A stretch of 62,596 nucleotides of DNA, the filler included, from Chiloscyllium plagiosum (taxonomy: Eukaryota): the NCBI RefSeq assembly GCF_004010195.1. It is 4 parts of one record of this genome, joined end to end, with 100 filler letters (N's around TTAATTAATTAA, not from the genome) between each part and the next. Parts side by side here need not be neighbours in the genome. Positions count along the whole stretch, not along the records: positions 1 to 31,909 come from NC_057717.1; 3 more parts are not named here. One strand, written 5' to 3'. The translations under genes were made by a program, and so were the position numbers. Below the pieces are notes generated by a model. The model saw only the letters and a list, made by a program, of their open reading frames with translations, had not been told where the DNA came from and did not search any database. Below, in pieces: positions 10,074-23,239 of the stretch (position 1 is its first letter; every line of letters starts with the position of its first letter).

Positions 10074-13000
10074 ATTTTTAAATATACCTTTATTGAAAAA
10101 TAGATTTTTAATATTATAATAAACCACTAACAACACGACTCAAATAACTGATCAAAATTACACCCATGTGCATGTACATACAAAACAAGTTAAAAATACT
10201 AAACGGACAGAAGAAAACCAAAAATAAATAGTAAATAATGAATAAATAATGCAGGTCAGTGTAACAAAATGATAGCTCTCGTTCTTCCAGAGCATTAACT
10301 GATATCCATTTTTATGTTCATTATTCTTCCTCTTTGGATATAATATTCATTAGATAATATCGTTAAGGCTATACAAAAGCCCTTCTGAGAGTGGCAGTTA
10401 AGCCTGTATCACGGTAATCCAAAAAGGTCTGCCACATCTTATATAAATCTCTGCATTTTGGTGCACCATGCTGGTGAGAATGTCCATAGGGATATTCTCC
10501 ATGAAGAGCTTACGATGACCCAACAGACTCGGGAGTGGGTGGGGGGTGGTTTCAGACATCCCACACAATTTACTAGCACAGAAAGTATGGATATCCTTTC
10601 ATCTGTGCATCTGTGTAAAGTACCCTGGGTAGGCCCAGGAAAAGAGAAACCAGGTCCATCTCCAATTCAGTTTTCTCGACCCACTCTATCACACCTGACA
10701 CAGTGCTCCAATGGGTAAGAGTGCCTGTAGTCATTCTGCATTTCGGACATGCTGAAGATAATCCCACTTTGAATTTTGGGAGATAATCTAGGGTCAGATA
10801 GACCCTGTGAAGAATTTTGAACTGCATAGAATGGGTCCTATTACAGATGAAATTCTTCGAACATTTTCACAAATATCCTCCCATGTCTCCGAAGTGGCCT
10901 GAACCCCCAACTCTCTCTAACAGACATCACAAGGCTGTACAGTCTCGTCTGAGGGCACTCTCCAACTAATGATAAAGGGTACTGACAGAGAGTGTATTCT
11001 AAGCAATAAGCACACTCTTCACTCTATCAGCTCTGTAAGAATCTGTTAAAAGTATGTTTTTATTATCAAATCTCTGATTTGGAAAAATAAACAGAAGAGT
11101 TCTCTACTAACCAGTCCATATGTACGAGATATTTGATCAAATGATATCATTGTTTCTCCCTCAAATAACATGTGGTGCCTCAGAGGTGAGAATTGCTGCC
11201 TCACAGCACCAGGATCCCGAATTTGGTTCACGCCTTGGGTGACTGGTTGTGTGGAATGAACATATTCCCGCCGTATCTCCCACAGTCCAAAGGTGTGCAG
11301 GTTAGATGAATTGTTAATTGATAAATCACCCATAGTGTTCAGAGATGAGTAGGTTGGGTCATTAGTCAGGGTAAATATAGGATGGTAGGGGAATGCGTCG
11401 GGGTGGGTTACTCTTCAGAGGGTCAAAATGGACTTGTTGGGCCCAAGGGCATATATCCACACTGGAGGGATTCTACTAATGCTAAATCACTCAAGCAAGC
11501 TACACCCCTGGCTGCCCACAGTTTCAACCTGGAACCCATTATCCCCGGATGACAACCCGGTATACCAATTATAGGGGTAAGAAACATGGTTTGGGCTGTA
11601 TTGCCCTCGAACTGACGCATTGTCATTCATGCTTTAACATTATTGATCATCATTGGGTTATGACAATACTCCATAAATATTGTCATTTTGTCTAAGAACA
11701 ACAAGGGTTCACTTTGTCTGAGAGGGTTCAATATCTAACCGTATTGACGCTGAGTCCTCAGCGGCCCAAGCACTATTGTAGGATAAAAAGAGCTTAATTT
11801 ATAGCTTTTAATCTGGGAGATCTACTCCCCACAATCTGTAGGGTTGGTTGCAATTTGGTTAGCTTGATAAAGAGTTGCTTATGCTGCCAAATAAAAGAGC
11901 TAAACCAGTCATTACGTCTCCTAAATACCTGTCTGGGAAACATCAAAGAAAGCATTCACACGGGGAAAAGCAAATGAGGAAGGACATTCATTTAATAAGA
12001 GCTATTGGACCGAGCCAGGATATTGGAAGTGCCTCCCATTTTTGAAGGTCTTGTTTAATTTTGTCAAACACATGGACATAGTTCACGTTAATTATAAATT
12101 ATCAAAGACGGATGTAATGAATATGCCAAAGTCGAGAACCCCACCCGGCGCACCCCCCACGTGATTATTTCAAAGGAAACCAGGATTTGCCATTAACATC
12201 AGATATTATTAAGGCCTCCCATAGGCATGGCCTCCAGTGTAGTAAAATTAATCTTATAGCCAAAAAAGGCGACAAGCGAATTATTACATTACATCATGTG
12301 AGCTGCCGAAATTGTGGGATTTGACAAAAACATAAGACCCTCATCTGTATCCAAAATAATCTTATGTGGCATCTATCCCACTTCTGGTCTAGGTATGTTG
12401 TGGTAATATTCACAATTGTGCAGGATGCCACCGAATCTAAGATTGTTGCAGGGATGTGGAAGAGATTAACTCTCATGTGGCATTTCTGTGGGTTAAAGAA
12501 GAAAATAAAATCCATACTTGTGAGGTAGATCTGCCTCCAGAAATCTAGTTCTGCACACAAATCGACTAATTGCTTACATTATAACGAGGGTATTGGGGAA
12601 CCTTTGAACATTCTGCTCACCGTGAGATCCATAAGAGAGTTGAAATCTCCTTCTACAATGATGTGCCACGATGCAAAATAACTTAAATTGGAAAATGCAA
12701 TTACCAAGATTTTAAGAGGGTGCACGGGGGGTGGGGGGCAATAAACATTCAAAATACTGTATTATTTCCCAAAATTCAAGGCTTTGGGGATTATGATCCT
12801 CCCGCGAGTGCCTAATACAATCTAGTAATTTAAATGGAAGATTCTTCCTATCCAGTATGGCTTCTCCCCAACTCCTAGTATTAACATACAAGAAATAAAC
12901 CCGATCAAACCCGCCCTGCTGTAATGTCAAATGTTCCTTGTCATCAAGGTGCATTTCCTGCAATAGACATCATTCACCCTCTCCTTTTTAAGTCTAGAAA

Positions 13001-14974
13001 GTATATTTTTCCTCTTGACTGGCAGATGGCGCCCATTAATGTTCCAGGTACACCCTTTAAGCACATCATTATCTATAACACATTGTAGCAACATTTCAAA
13101 TCTAGAGTTTCACATCGAATTACACATCGCTGATCATAAATGAAAAAAGACTCATACAGCCTAAAAACTGTACAACTAAAACTACTACAACTAACCAGTT
13201 CTCAAAACTTTCCAAAACTAAACACACACAAAAAAAATCAAACATAGAAACAAAGCCCAAAGTGCCAATGACACTTGTTAGGGTAAGTTACCCCCACACC
13301 ACCCCCGTCCACTGGGGACGCTTACATATCCCAAAACCTTACCTTCTATCCGCTACCAATATGGCATCCAGGGCAATTAATAACAAAAATCGGTCTTGAA
13401 GTGCCCTTAGGTCGGCACTTAGTCATCATAACCACATTTGTAACTCCCTCCAGCTTGAGTCGCATCCCAGACACAAACAAAGAAAGAGAAAATGAGTAGT
13501 AATATTAATGAAGAAATTAAAATTGAGTACTTTACCCATAATTTAACACTGGTTACTACCAGAAAAATCCAACAAATGTTTTTTAAGAGAGAAACATGAT
13601 TACCTAAACATCCAGCTTACTTTAAAATATCCACAAAGTTTCCCTTTCTCTGGAGAGTCAGACGGGTTCACGGATCCATTCAAAGCAATACGGAGCATCG
13701 CTGGGAACCTTAAGGAATACTTAATCTCGAGTTCCCTTACTCTTCTCTTGATATAATCAAAAGCTTTTCTTTCCTGAATCACCGTCGCTGAAATGTCCTA
13801 AAAGATCATAATCCTGGAGCTCTCATGAATTAAATCCTTCGGATCTTTCCCCTGGGATCTGGAAGCTTCCATCAGTCTTTGTTTGTCCCCATAACTATGT
13901 AACTGCACAAGGACAGGACGAGGGCGCTGGTCTGAGGCTGACCTCCGCGCCATAACCTGATGTCCTGTTTCAATCTTTACCCGTCCCTCTTCAATTCGAA
14001 GTGAAGGAATCAACATTCTTCATCCTGCCCCTGTTCTCAAGGTCATGATCTTGTTCAGTTAAGGTGCAGACCTGTTTTTCAAGGGCGAGCATCCGCTCCT
14101 TAGAGGAATCAATTGTGGTCTCTGCTACTGCAGTTTAGCGCTCAAACTCATCCGTTCTCTTTCCAAGGCTATCAAGTCATGTTTTTGGAGCACGGCAGAG
14201 AATGGCTCTCGCTTACTTCTGAATTTTTCTTTAATCATGTCTTCAACAATTAAACATAACTTGGTGAACTCAGTGACCAAGACCTGGTCAGTTACTGGGT
14301 CTATCGAACGAGCAGAGTGGGATGCAGCTACAGCCTCAGGCAGGCTCGATGCTTCTGACGGGTGCACCGTGTGTTGGGACTGACTCGATCCTTTCCCGTG
14401 TTTTGTCATTTCCACTTGACAAACCGGGATCAGTAAAGATTCTATAGCTCTTTTATTGTGGAATTTTAAGTAAATGGTTGTGATGGAGTGGGTTAGAGAA
14501 TCACTTTGCCCGTTCTGTGATGCAGAGCCCAGTAAAGCAGACCTTCCAGATCGTCCGTTCTCTTTTCAAGGCTATCAAGTCATGTTTTTGGAGCACGGCA
14601 GAAATGGCTCTCGCTTACTGCTGAACTTTTCTTTAATCATGTCTTCACAATTAAACATAACTTGGTGAACTCAGTGACCAAGGCCTGGTGAGTAACTGGG
14701 TCTATCGAACGAGCAGAGTGGGTTGCAGCTACAGCCTCAGGCATGCTCGATGCTTCTGACGGGTGCACCGTGTGTTGGGACTGACTCGGTCCTTTCCCGT
14801 GTTTTGTCATTTCCACTTGACAAACCGGGATCAGTAAAGATTCTATAGCTCTTTTATTGTGGAATTTTAAGTAAAGGGCTGTGATGGAGTGGGTTAGAGA
14901 ATCACTTTGCCCGTTCTGTGATATAGAGCCCAGTAAAGCAGACCTTCCAGATCGTGGCCATCTTGGATTCCACC
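10074..14974 (-). mobile_element. L1 retrotransposon, 5'-complete, decayed, ORF2 internally deleted
   Basis: 5' end GGTGGAATCCAAGATGGCC. ORF1 remnants RPRPVLVQLHSYGDKQRLM and KYSLRFPAML (~13600-14410). ORF2 endonuclease TWNING...LQEMHL (~13080-12400). Decayed YADD region LDTDEG...GYKINF (~12350-12240). C-terminal QFKILHRVY...CPKC...TLTH zinc knuckle (~10690-10830). AATAAA and A-rich 3' end (~10074-10110). Confidence 0.9.
11171..11480 (+). mobile_element. HE1 SINE inserted into L1 ORF2
   Basis: tgctgcctcacagcaccagg head, cccacagtccaaaggtgtgcaggttag core and gggcccaagggc...ggattcta tail; splits L1 coding GVACLSDL|FEGETMISFDQ. Confidence 0.85.
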
Positions 14975-15461
14975 TTAAAATTTTATCAATGTGATCATTT
15001 CGTTTTGCATTATATTAATGGATGTTCTGGAGCCGTGTCATTTAGTACCATTGTCTACATTTTCCCCACACCGCACATTCCTGCCAATCCCCGATAATCC
15101 TCGACTCTGTTGTTATTTATGAAACTTCTGTCTGTGCGTCAAAAATATTCAATATCTCTGAATCTAATGCTATGCAGGGATGAGAGAGCGAAAGACCTAA
15201 AATGCTGAAAAAAAGCAAAAATATAACTCAAGACCTGAGTTTGCGATTAGTTTTTTTCTGTCTCCTTATCTGGGAAAGGATGTAATTATATTGGAAGCAG
15301 TTCGAAGATGTTTCACTTCACGTATTCCAGGGACGAGGGCCTTATATTATGGAAGCTTTAACTGATTTCTCGTGGAATGAGAGGTGATCTCATACAAGAC
15401 CTAGAGGAGAGTGGATCAGATAGATACCCACTGGATATAGTCCAAATTTCTTGTCATCTTT

Positions 15462-15800
15462 ATAGAATTTCTACAGTGTGCAAGCAGGATATCTATTCCA
15501 GCAAGTCCACACTGACCCTCCGAACAGCATCCCCCCGGATCTGCCCCCCCATCCCATCCATGTATCCCTGCACTTCCCATGACTAACGTACCTAACCTAC
15601 ACATCCCTGAGCACTATGGGCAATTTAGCATGGCCAATCCACTCTAAGTTGCACACCTTTGGACTGTGGGAGGAAATTGGAACATTGTGAGGATACCCAG
15701 ACAGATACCTGCAAAGAGAATGCTCAAACTCCACACAGACCGTCGCCCGAGGTTGGAATTGAACCCAGCACCTTGGTGCTAACCATAGATCCACCATGCG
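15462..15800 (-). mobile_element. HE1 SINE
   Basis: gggcaatttagcatggccaatcc...ctttggactgtgggaggaaa...aaactccacacagac...gaattgaaccc, reverse complement of HE1. Confidence 0.9.
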
Positions 15801-16199
15801 CATTCATTAGTTCTATTGGTTACTTGTGGCTGACTAAAGAAATCTGCCTGACTTGTTCCTATCACTGAACCTGACCCAGTCTGAGACCTTTATCATTGGC
15901 TATATCACCAACCTGGTTACATTTAAATTTGTTGCGAACAGTGGAGGAGTGGGACTAGAAAAGGAAACAGTGACAACCTCCAACTTCAGTCAGAATAGGA
16001 ATTAGGAAAATTCACCAAGTGGGAATTCATTCAAGTGGGAATTCTCTTTCCCAGAAGTTTATGCTGGCTGAATGTTTATGTTATATTGAGGCTGGCTTCG
16101 TCTGGTTGTCCATAGACGGTGAATCAGGGATAATAGTACATGGAGACAAAAGTGCAGCTGAGACTACAATGAGATGAGTCACGACCTTATTTACTGGTG

Positions 16200-16504
16200 A
16201 AAAAAAAAGCAAATTACTGTGGATGCTGGAATCTGAAACCAAAAGAGAAAATGCTGGAAAATATGAGCAGGTCTGGAAACGTCTGTAAGGAGAGAAAAGA
16301 GCTGACGTTTCGAGTCTAACTACACTTTGTCAAAGCTAAAAAAAAGGGGAGAAATCGGGAGGTATTTATACAAGGAAACGTACCTCCCTATTTCTCCCCT
16401 TTATTTTTAGCTTTGACGAAGGGTCAGTTAAACTCAAAACGTCAGCTGTTTTCTCCCCTGACGGATGCTGCCACACCAGCTGAGAGTTTCCAGCATTTCC
16501 TCTT
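16200..16504. mobile_element. Penelope-derived foldback element with 13-bp TSD
   Basis: ~130-bp inverted arms (~16243-16364 and ~16381-16504), each with a hammerhead-like ttgac(a/g)aag...(g/a)aaacgtc motif; TSD ttatttactggtg at 16187-16199 and 16505-16517. Confidence 0.8.
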
Positions 16505-16864
16505 TTATTTACTGGTGGAGTAGTTTGAAAGGGCTGAATGGCCCACTCGTGTCCCTCAGCCCTATGTTCTGATGTTCCATTCAGCCCTTCAGACATGCTA
16601 CAGTGGCAGATCGAGGTCACTCCGATGGTTAGGTGTAGTTTTGGAAATGTATTTGGAAAATGCAGGCTGGGTCAGGTAGCGACCCCACCCCCAATTCTTG
16701 TTTCCAGATGTGGGTCATGTTACAGACCCAGATATGCTGGGAATACAGCCCCCTACCCCACCCGGGGTTAACTCAAACAAATCCTCTGCTCTCCCTGAAT
16801 GCAACATTGAACAACACAGCTTCCAGGAAAACAAAGAGTTACTTTCCAAAACCATAACAAGTAA

Positions 16865-17290
16865 AATGATTGAATAGGAACGAGAGTAGGCTATTCAGCC
16901 CCTCAGGTTTGCCCTGTCATTTAATATGAACATGGCTGATCTACTCCAGAGCTCAACTCCAATTTCTAGCTGACTCCGTGTCTCCCTCCATACCTCTTTG
17001 TGTTATGGAATTCCGGACATTTACTACCTTCAGAGAGAAGTCATCACTCTGTGTCTCAGATTGTAATCGATGTTCCTTATTCAGAATCTATATCCTTGAG
17101 TTTGAGATTCCACCCAGGAGTGGAAACAACTTGTCAATATTTACCTTCTCAAGTCCCTTCTGTGTCTTGTATTTTTCAGCGGTATCACTCCTCATTCACT
17201 TAAACCCCGATGAGTAATCGCCTCACCATCTTAGAGGTTCTCAATAACTGAACCCTTTCAGCCCAGGAAGAAACCTAGCTACTTGCTACA
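16865..17290 (-). mobile_element. Old CR1-type LINE 3' fragment
   Basis: ataggaacgagagtaggctattcagcccctc...catggctgatct is the reverse complement of a CR1 3' tail. Confidence 0.6.
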
Positions 17291-17829
17291 TCAGCATGCT
17301 CACTTTATGTTTCATACACAGGAACATTCCAGTCCCTTTGTACTTCTCCTTTTCTGGAAGTCCCCTCCATTAAATAACAGCTTTCCTTTTGATTCTCAGA
17401 GTCAGCCACAACCTCGGATGTGTATTGCACTTAGCTCCCGCCATCAGACTGTAGGTATAGAATGTAAATAACTGATGCCATTCAACTGATATTTGTGGAA
17501 TTCCAGCAGATACACTTGATCATGGAGATCCATTCATCCTGACTCTCCGATTTCGATGTATGAACCAATCATCATCCCATGTTACCACATTAGCCGTCAC
17601 CCCACGAACGTCTGTCTTGTGTAAGAAATTTTATTCTGTAATACCTGTGGAAAATCTCTGGAAAGCCTGGTTTCTACCAGATCAGCTTAATCATATCCAC
17701 TTGTTTACATTCTCAGGCATCTCCAGAAGTACTTTGCATGATTTTACATGGCAAAATATAATTTCTTTTCACAAAACCACACTGACTCTACGTGAAGCTT
17801 TTGTAAATGTATATGCTGGCCAGGATTTC

Positions 17830-18160
17830 CAAATTAGGCTAGTCCCATCTGGTTTCATTTTGCCCATATGCCTCGAAATGTTTCCCATTCATATGTTTAT
17901 CCAAATGACTTTTAAATGTTGCAGCTGTACATGCATCTACCACACTTTCTCTGCCAGTTCATTCCATACCCACGCCACCCACGGTGTAAACCTGTTGCTC
18001 CTATGTTCCTTTTAAATCTCCCTCATTCATCTTAAAACTATGCCTTCTATGTTTGAACTCCCCCATCCCGTGGAAAAGACCGTGGCTATTCACCCTATCC
18101 ATGCCTCTCATGATTTTAGAAACGTCTATAATGTCACCCCTCAACATTCTACACTCCAAT
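17830..18160 (-). mobile_element. CR1/HER1 3' fragment
   Basis: LECRMLRGDIIDVSKIMRGMDRVN...GEFKHRRHSFK. Confidence 0.85.
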
Positions 18161-18569
18161 ACTAACGTCAAGAACAAGCATTTAAAGATAAGCACTGCAA
18201 ATTTGACACTATATTAAACATGACAGTAAAACAATATTCAGCCCAAACTTCATACTGTTATTTGTTTTTCTCCATATTATAATACTAAGACAGCAAGAAA
18301 GGTTTACAATTGCAAATAAAAAGTCAAACACCTGAATTATTTTGTCTAAAAGGGGTGATGGTCTAGACAGTGAAAACGTAGTTATGGCCAGATCTATATA
18401 ATGTCACATAGTCAACATTCTCCCTCCTGGCCTCCCTATGTTCTTGTGTGGTTGTGTTTTGTTTATCTTGAAATCAGTAGAGAGAATCCCTTCCCCAGCC
18501 ACGTCTTAATTTAAACCCGTTCTTTATCATCGTCTTGTTCACCATTGTTAAAAGCCTGTTTATCTTTGC

Positions 18570-18920
18570 CACACCCTCTTTTCCCTGTCACCCATTCCTC
18601 ACCTCTGCCAAGGGATTAAAAATATCAGGTTCCAATCCTTTTCAGTTCTGAAGAAGTGTCACACTGGGCTTGAAACGCTAACTCTGTTTCTCCGTCTCGG
18701 CAAATGCAGACAGACCTGCTGAGTTTCTCCAGAAATGAATAGGCACAGAACAAATTTTCAATTAAACAAATAACTATGGATACTGCAAATAAAAGTACAA
18801 AAATTGCTGGAGAAACTGGGAGCTTTGTACAGGGTCACTGTACCTGAAGGTTTAACTCTGCATTCACTCCAGAAGATGCTGGAACATCGCCTGCAGTTTC
18901 TTCAGCAATTACTGTTTTTG
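18570..18920 (+). mobile_element. Penelope-derived terminal-repeat fragments with hammerhead-like motif
   Basis: agttCTGAAGAagtgtcacactgggcttGAAACgctaact at ~18644-18683, then cagacctgctgagtttctccag; a second quasi-palindromic copy ttgctggagaaactg...cagtttcttcagcaa at ~18805-18909. Confidence 0.65.
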
Positions 18921-19229
18921 AACAATTTCCAAAGAAGTATGTCAAAGATGCTCAAACATCCCATCCAACCTGGAGCACCGTACACTGGGGACTGAACGAT
19001 AATGCATGGTGACAAGGTCCTTAATTCTGAAACTGCATAAGATTGGCATCACTGACACTACGGATCTCGTAATCATGGTCAGGGAGAAAAACAGAGGGAA
19101 ACATATTCACTTCGAACACAGAAGATGGCAATACGGATGAAATATTGTTTAGTGGATGAAACATTTCACCCTCTTCATGATACAACAGAATTTTTCAAGT
19201 TTTCAAGCAATTCGATTCGCTGCACGTGA

Positions 19230-19540
19230 CATGAAGAAATAGCTGAACACAGTAGATACGACAAAGGCAATGAGCCCTGACACCATTCCTGCAATAGGAC
19301 TGAAGACTTGTGCTGCACAACAACCTGTTTCCATGTGGAAACTGTTTCATTTCAGCTCCAACTCTGACATCCTCCTGGCAATCTGGAAAATTACTCAACT
19401 AAGTCCAATCCCCTAAGAGGGGAATAACTAAAATCTGACAATTTACCACCCCTTCAGTCCCATCACGACAGTCAAATTAGTGGAAATTCTTTTTGACAGA
19501 GCTTTCAAGCAGCACAAAACTAACCAGGCCAGTGTGATTG
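19230..19540 (+). mobile_element. L2/CR1-clade LINE RT fragment, old
   Basis: KAMSPDTIPAIGLKTCA...WKITQLSPIP...NLTIYHPFSPI, a decayed KAxGPDxIP...WKxAxVxP...NYRPISL motif. Confidence 0.6.
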
Positions 19541-19554
19541 CCGATACGTCCCCA

Positions 19555-19985
19555 TGTGGAGATGGTGCTGTTATGGAAATGTCAATGGATTACTAATCCA
19601 GACCAGGCTAATGGTCTGGCAGCTGGTGGAAGTTAAAAATAATTAATAAAATATCGAGATCTAAAATCTGGTGTCAGTAATAGTGAGGTTGTGTCCAACG
19701 TTGATTATAAACATTGATCGTCTTCACCAATTTACTTTCAGGAAGTGAATTTCCCGTGCTTTCCTGGTCTGGCCAAAAGGTGACTCCAGACACACAGACA
19801 TATGATAAACTCTTCATTGGTCTCTGAATCGGCCAAGCAAGGCACGATTTTGTATCAAACTACTCCAAGGTCTTAAAGGATATAACCGGACAGAACACTT
19901 GGCCTCAGCCGGAAAAGGGAACGGGACCATAGTCCTGTTGGCCCTGCAGAGGTCTCCTTCCTACCATCTGAGAGCTTATGACAAC
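19555..19985 (+). mobile_element. Old SINE- or L2-related interspersed repeat
   Basis: taatccagaccaggctaatg...ggcagctggtggaa...cctggtctggcc...gtgactccagac, recognised as an abundant shark repeat; family not assigned. Confidence 0.5.
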
Positions 19986-20149
19986 AGTTACAGAGTTTTC
20001 CCACAGAGTGCACAGAAACATCGGGAAAGGAGGAGGTCATTCAACACATTGAACTTTCCCTATGCTACTTCATGGCCAAACGTCTCCTCAATGCAGTGTT
20101 CCCCATACAGCGTACATTTCTCTGAATATGTTTAAACATTATGAAATAT

Positions 20150-21370
20150 AAAATAAAACTGCTGTTATCCCTTCGGTCCATCAATTTTGCTCCTCCATTC
20201 AATATACAGGCAGTTCTCTGATAACACGTATTTATTAAATACGATATGGCTGTGGTCCCTTGTATTAGGCATCCTAGCCCGGGAAATTATCATCCCTGCC
20301 TCCAATTTGTCTCGCCCTGTCAGAGTTTTATGTATTTCAATGAAATATCCACTAATTATCCTAAAGGTCATGGAATACAGGCTCAGGTGCTCCAAACTCT
20401 GCTCCCACAACAAGCCTGTCATCCCAGAGATCAGTTTGATCATCCTTCACTGCACTCCCTCAATGTCAATTTTGTCCTTTATTAAGTAAGGAGACCAAAA
20501 CTGCACACAGTAGTGCACAATGTTCGGGATGGGGTCTCACCAAGGCCCTGTACAGCTGCAGTAAATGATCCTTTCTCTTGTATTCAAATCTTCCTGAAGT
20601 GAAGGTCAATACACGATTTATTTTTCTAACTGCTTACTGCTTCTGCAACATTGCTTTCAGTGACTGGTTTACAGGGAGAGCAAGATTCTTTTCAATGTTA
20701 CAGCTTCCCCACTTGCTAGATCTATATACACTGGTCAACGTGCCAATGCCATTCCCAATATTGACTTCCGTGTTCAGAACTCACTGCCCTACATGGACTC
20801 AGAGGGCTAAATAGAAATAAACAAAAATGCAGCTTAAGTTCCTTTATAGACCAATATTTTCAACCAATCTCTTTTCAAATGATAGGCTGCCATGCTATGT
20901 TCCCATCAACGTACACAACATCGCATCTCTCCCATTGCGTTCCTTCTGCCAGGTAGTTGCACAGTCACTCCGCTTGTCTCAATCACCTTGGAGCATTTTT
21001 TTACATCCTCCTCACCCACTCACAAGCTGATATCGTTTCGTGCTGTCAGTGGACTTGGGAATATTGCATTTGAGCCCCTCAACCAAAGATATGATGTGTA
21101 CTGGGAAAAGCTGGATCCCAAATCCCGATCCTTGTTATATCATCCAAGCCTTCCATTCAAAAATCATCGTTTTATTCCTACTCAGTGTTTCCTGCCAGCT
21201 CTCCCATTCTAAAACCATGGCGATATATTAGCTCCAGTCCCACAGGATTCGAATTTGCACAATTGGCTTGGGGCTTTATCAAAAACCTTTGTGAGATTCC
21301 AATCGTATGGCATTGATACCTTCTCCATAATTTGGCTAAAAGCCACTTTCTCAAATATGATTCCCATTTC
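20150..21370 (-). mobile_element. Decayed CR1-type LINE ORF2 fragments
   Basis: KLISGMTGL...LSLYSM...FIEIHKTLTG; gtacagggccttggtgagacc and cagttttggtctccttac motifs on the minus strand. Confidence 0.75.
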
Positions 21371-21879
21371 ATAAATCTCTGTTCACTTTGTCTATACCCA
21401 TTACTTTCAATCCAATACGTTCTCTAAAACTGTTAATTGCTATTTTCATTCTATTAAATTTTTCTACCAGACTAAAGTTCCCTGGTATTTCTAGAAAGTT
21501 TTCTTTTTGTTTTGCTTTCTTCTGTGAAGGCATAACTGAAGCATTTGCTCTATCGTTCTGCTATTTCCCTGTCCTCAATTATCCGGTAACAAACTATAAG
21601 AAAGCTGCACCTTTTTCTCTTAATTTTGCCACTGATACAATTCCAGAAGATATTAGAAGTTCACTCATATACGTTTTGATAAGATATTCTTCAGAAAGCC
21701 ATCAATTCCTATCTTAAGCTATTCAATGATTGACCTTCCACAACCATACAATCACAGAAGCAAAGACTCTGTACCATCAGAAATACAGCACGGTCTACAT
21801 TAGCCCTACCTCCCGACACAAGGCCTGCAGCCGTGAATCTTACGGCATTTCAAGGGCACAACCGTGTATTTTCTAATGG

Positions 21880-23000
21880 TTGTGAGGTTACCATAACAAT
21901 TCCCATCTCAAGAAGCGCATTCCAGACCCCAATACTCTGGGTGAAAAACAGTCCTCAAATCCTCACGAAACCTCAAACCCTTCACTTTAAAATTGTGGGC
22001 CTTTGTGGCTGCTGTCTATCCACCCTGCCAATGTCCCCCGTAATCTTATCCTTCTGAATCACATCCCCCTCAGCATTCTTTCCTCCAAAGTAAACAACCC
22101 GAGCTTATCCAGCCTCTCTCCATAGCTGATATGCTCCATCCTAGGGAACATCCTGGTGAATCCCCTCTGCACCCCCTCGAGTGCAATCACATCCTTACTG
22201 TAATGTGGTTCCCAGAACTACACACAGTATTCCATATTGGCCAATCCAAAGTTCCACGTAGTTCTGATAATCTATGCTTTGATCAACAAAGACAATGTTA
22301 ACGGTCCACTATGCTTTCTCAAATTGTATATTAACTTGTCCAGTCACATTCAGGGATGTGCGGAGAAGCACCCTCTGACCTTCCTGGTGTGCTGCCATTC
22401 ATTGAGTATACCCTGACTGGTTCCTTCTTCCAAAGTGCATCACCTCATAGTTATCAGGGTTACATTCCATCTACCATTGATCCACCCATCTGACCATTCC
22501 ATCTGTGTCTTCCTGAAACATAAGACTTTCTGCCTCACTGCCAACCACCCGGAAAATCATTGCATCAAACACAAACATACTTATCACCCCGCCCCACCCC
22601 TCGTCCATATTCACAGCTGCATCATTTACGAATACCACAAGTAATAAGTTTAAAAATCACACAACATCAGCTTATAATCTAACAGAGGCACGAGCATTCT
22701 CTTCATCAGCTGCCTCTTCATCAGGTGGTTGTGCATTTTGATGAAAAAGCTGCGCTTCGAATGCTCGTGCCTCCGATAGATCTGTTAGACTGTAAACTGG
22801 TGTTATGTAATGTTTAGCATTGTCCACCCCAGTCCAACACCAGCACCTCCGAATCACAAATAATAAGGGGCACAGCACTGATCTCTGCGGTACACCTTTG
22901 GACACTGGCCTCCTGTCACACAAACAGCCTTCTACCACTACCTCTTGTCTCCTACACTAAAGTTGATTTGGATGCAACTTGGCAAGTCACGAATGAGTCC
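21880..23000 (-). mobile_element. Decayed CR1-type LINE interrupted by a Penelope-derived insertion
   Basis: VVEGCLCDRRPVSKGVPQRSVLCPLLFV (GVPQGSVLGPLLF); ALEGVQRGFTRMFP. Confidence 0.8.
22649..22854. mobile_element. Penelope-derived palindromic element with ~13-bp TSD
   Basis: Inverted arms aaaaatcacacaacatcagcttata / tgtaaactggtgttatgtaatgttt; hammerhead-like TTGATGAaaaagctgcgcttcGAATgctcgtg (~22738-22769); TSD cacaa(g/a)taataag at 22636-22648 and 22855-22867. Confidence 0.75.
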
Positions 23001-23239
23001 TAACTGTTCCCTTGATTTTCTGTTCCGCTTGACACTTAGATTATCTGGGGATTCTCCCAAATCTTGCCCTGCCAGCAGGTTTCCATGCACCTGTGTTAGT
23101 AAAGAACACCATCCAAGTGAAGAATTTTCTCCTTATTGCAGTCTTAAATGCCATGTCCCGGATCATTACATTATTTGCCTTGAATGTGGATTAGACAGCC
23201 AGGGAAGCGTTCTGTTAATTTCCAAATTGTTTAATGTTT

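Noticed and set aside
10050..14992. tatcaatgt near both L1 ends as a possible TSD
   Set aside because: Not directly adjacent to either terminus, so it cannot be supported as a TSD.
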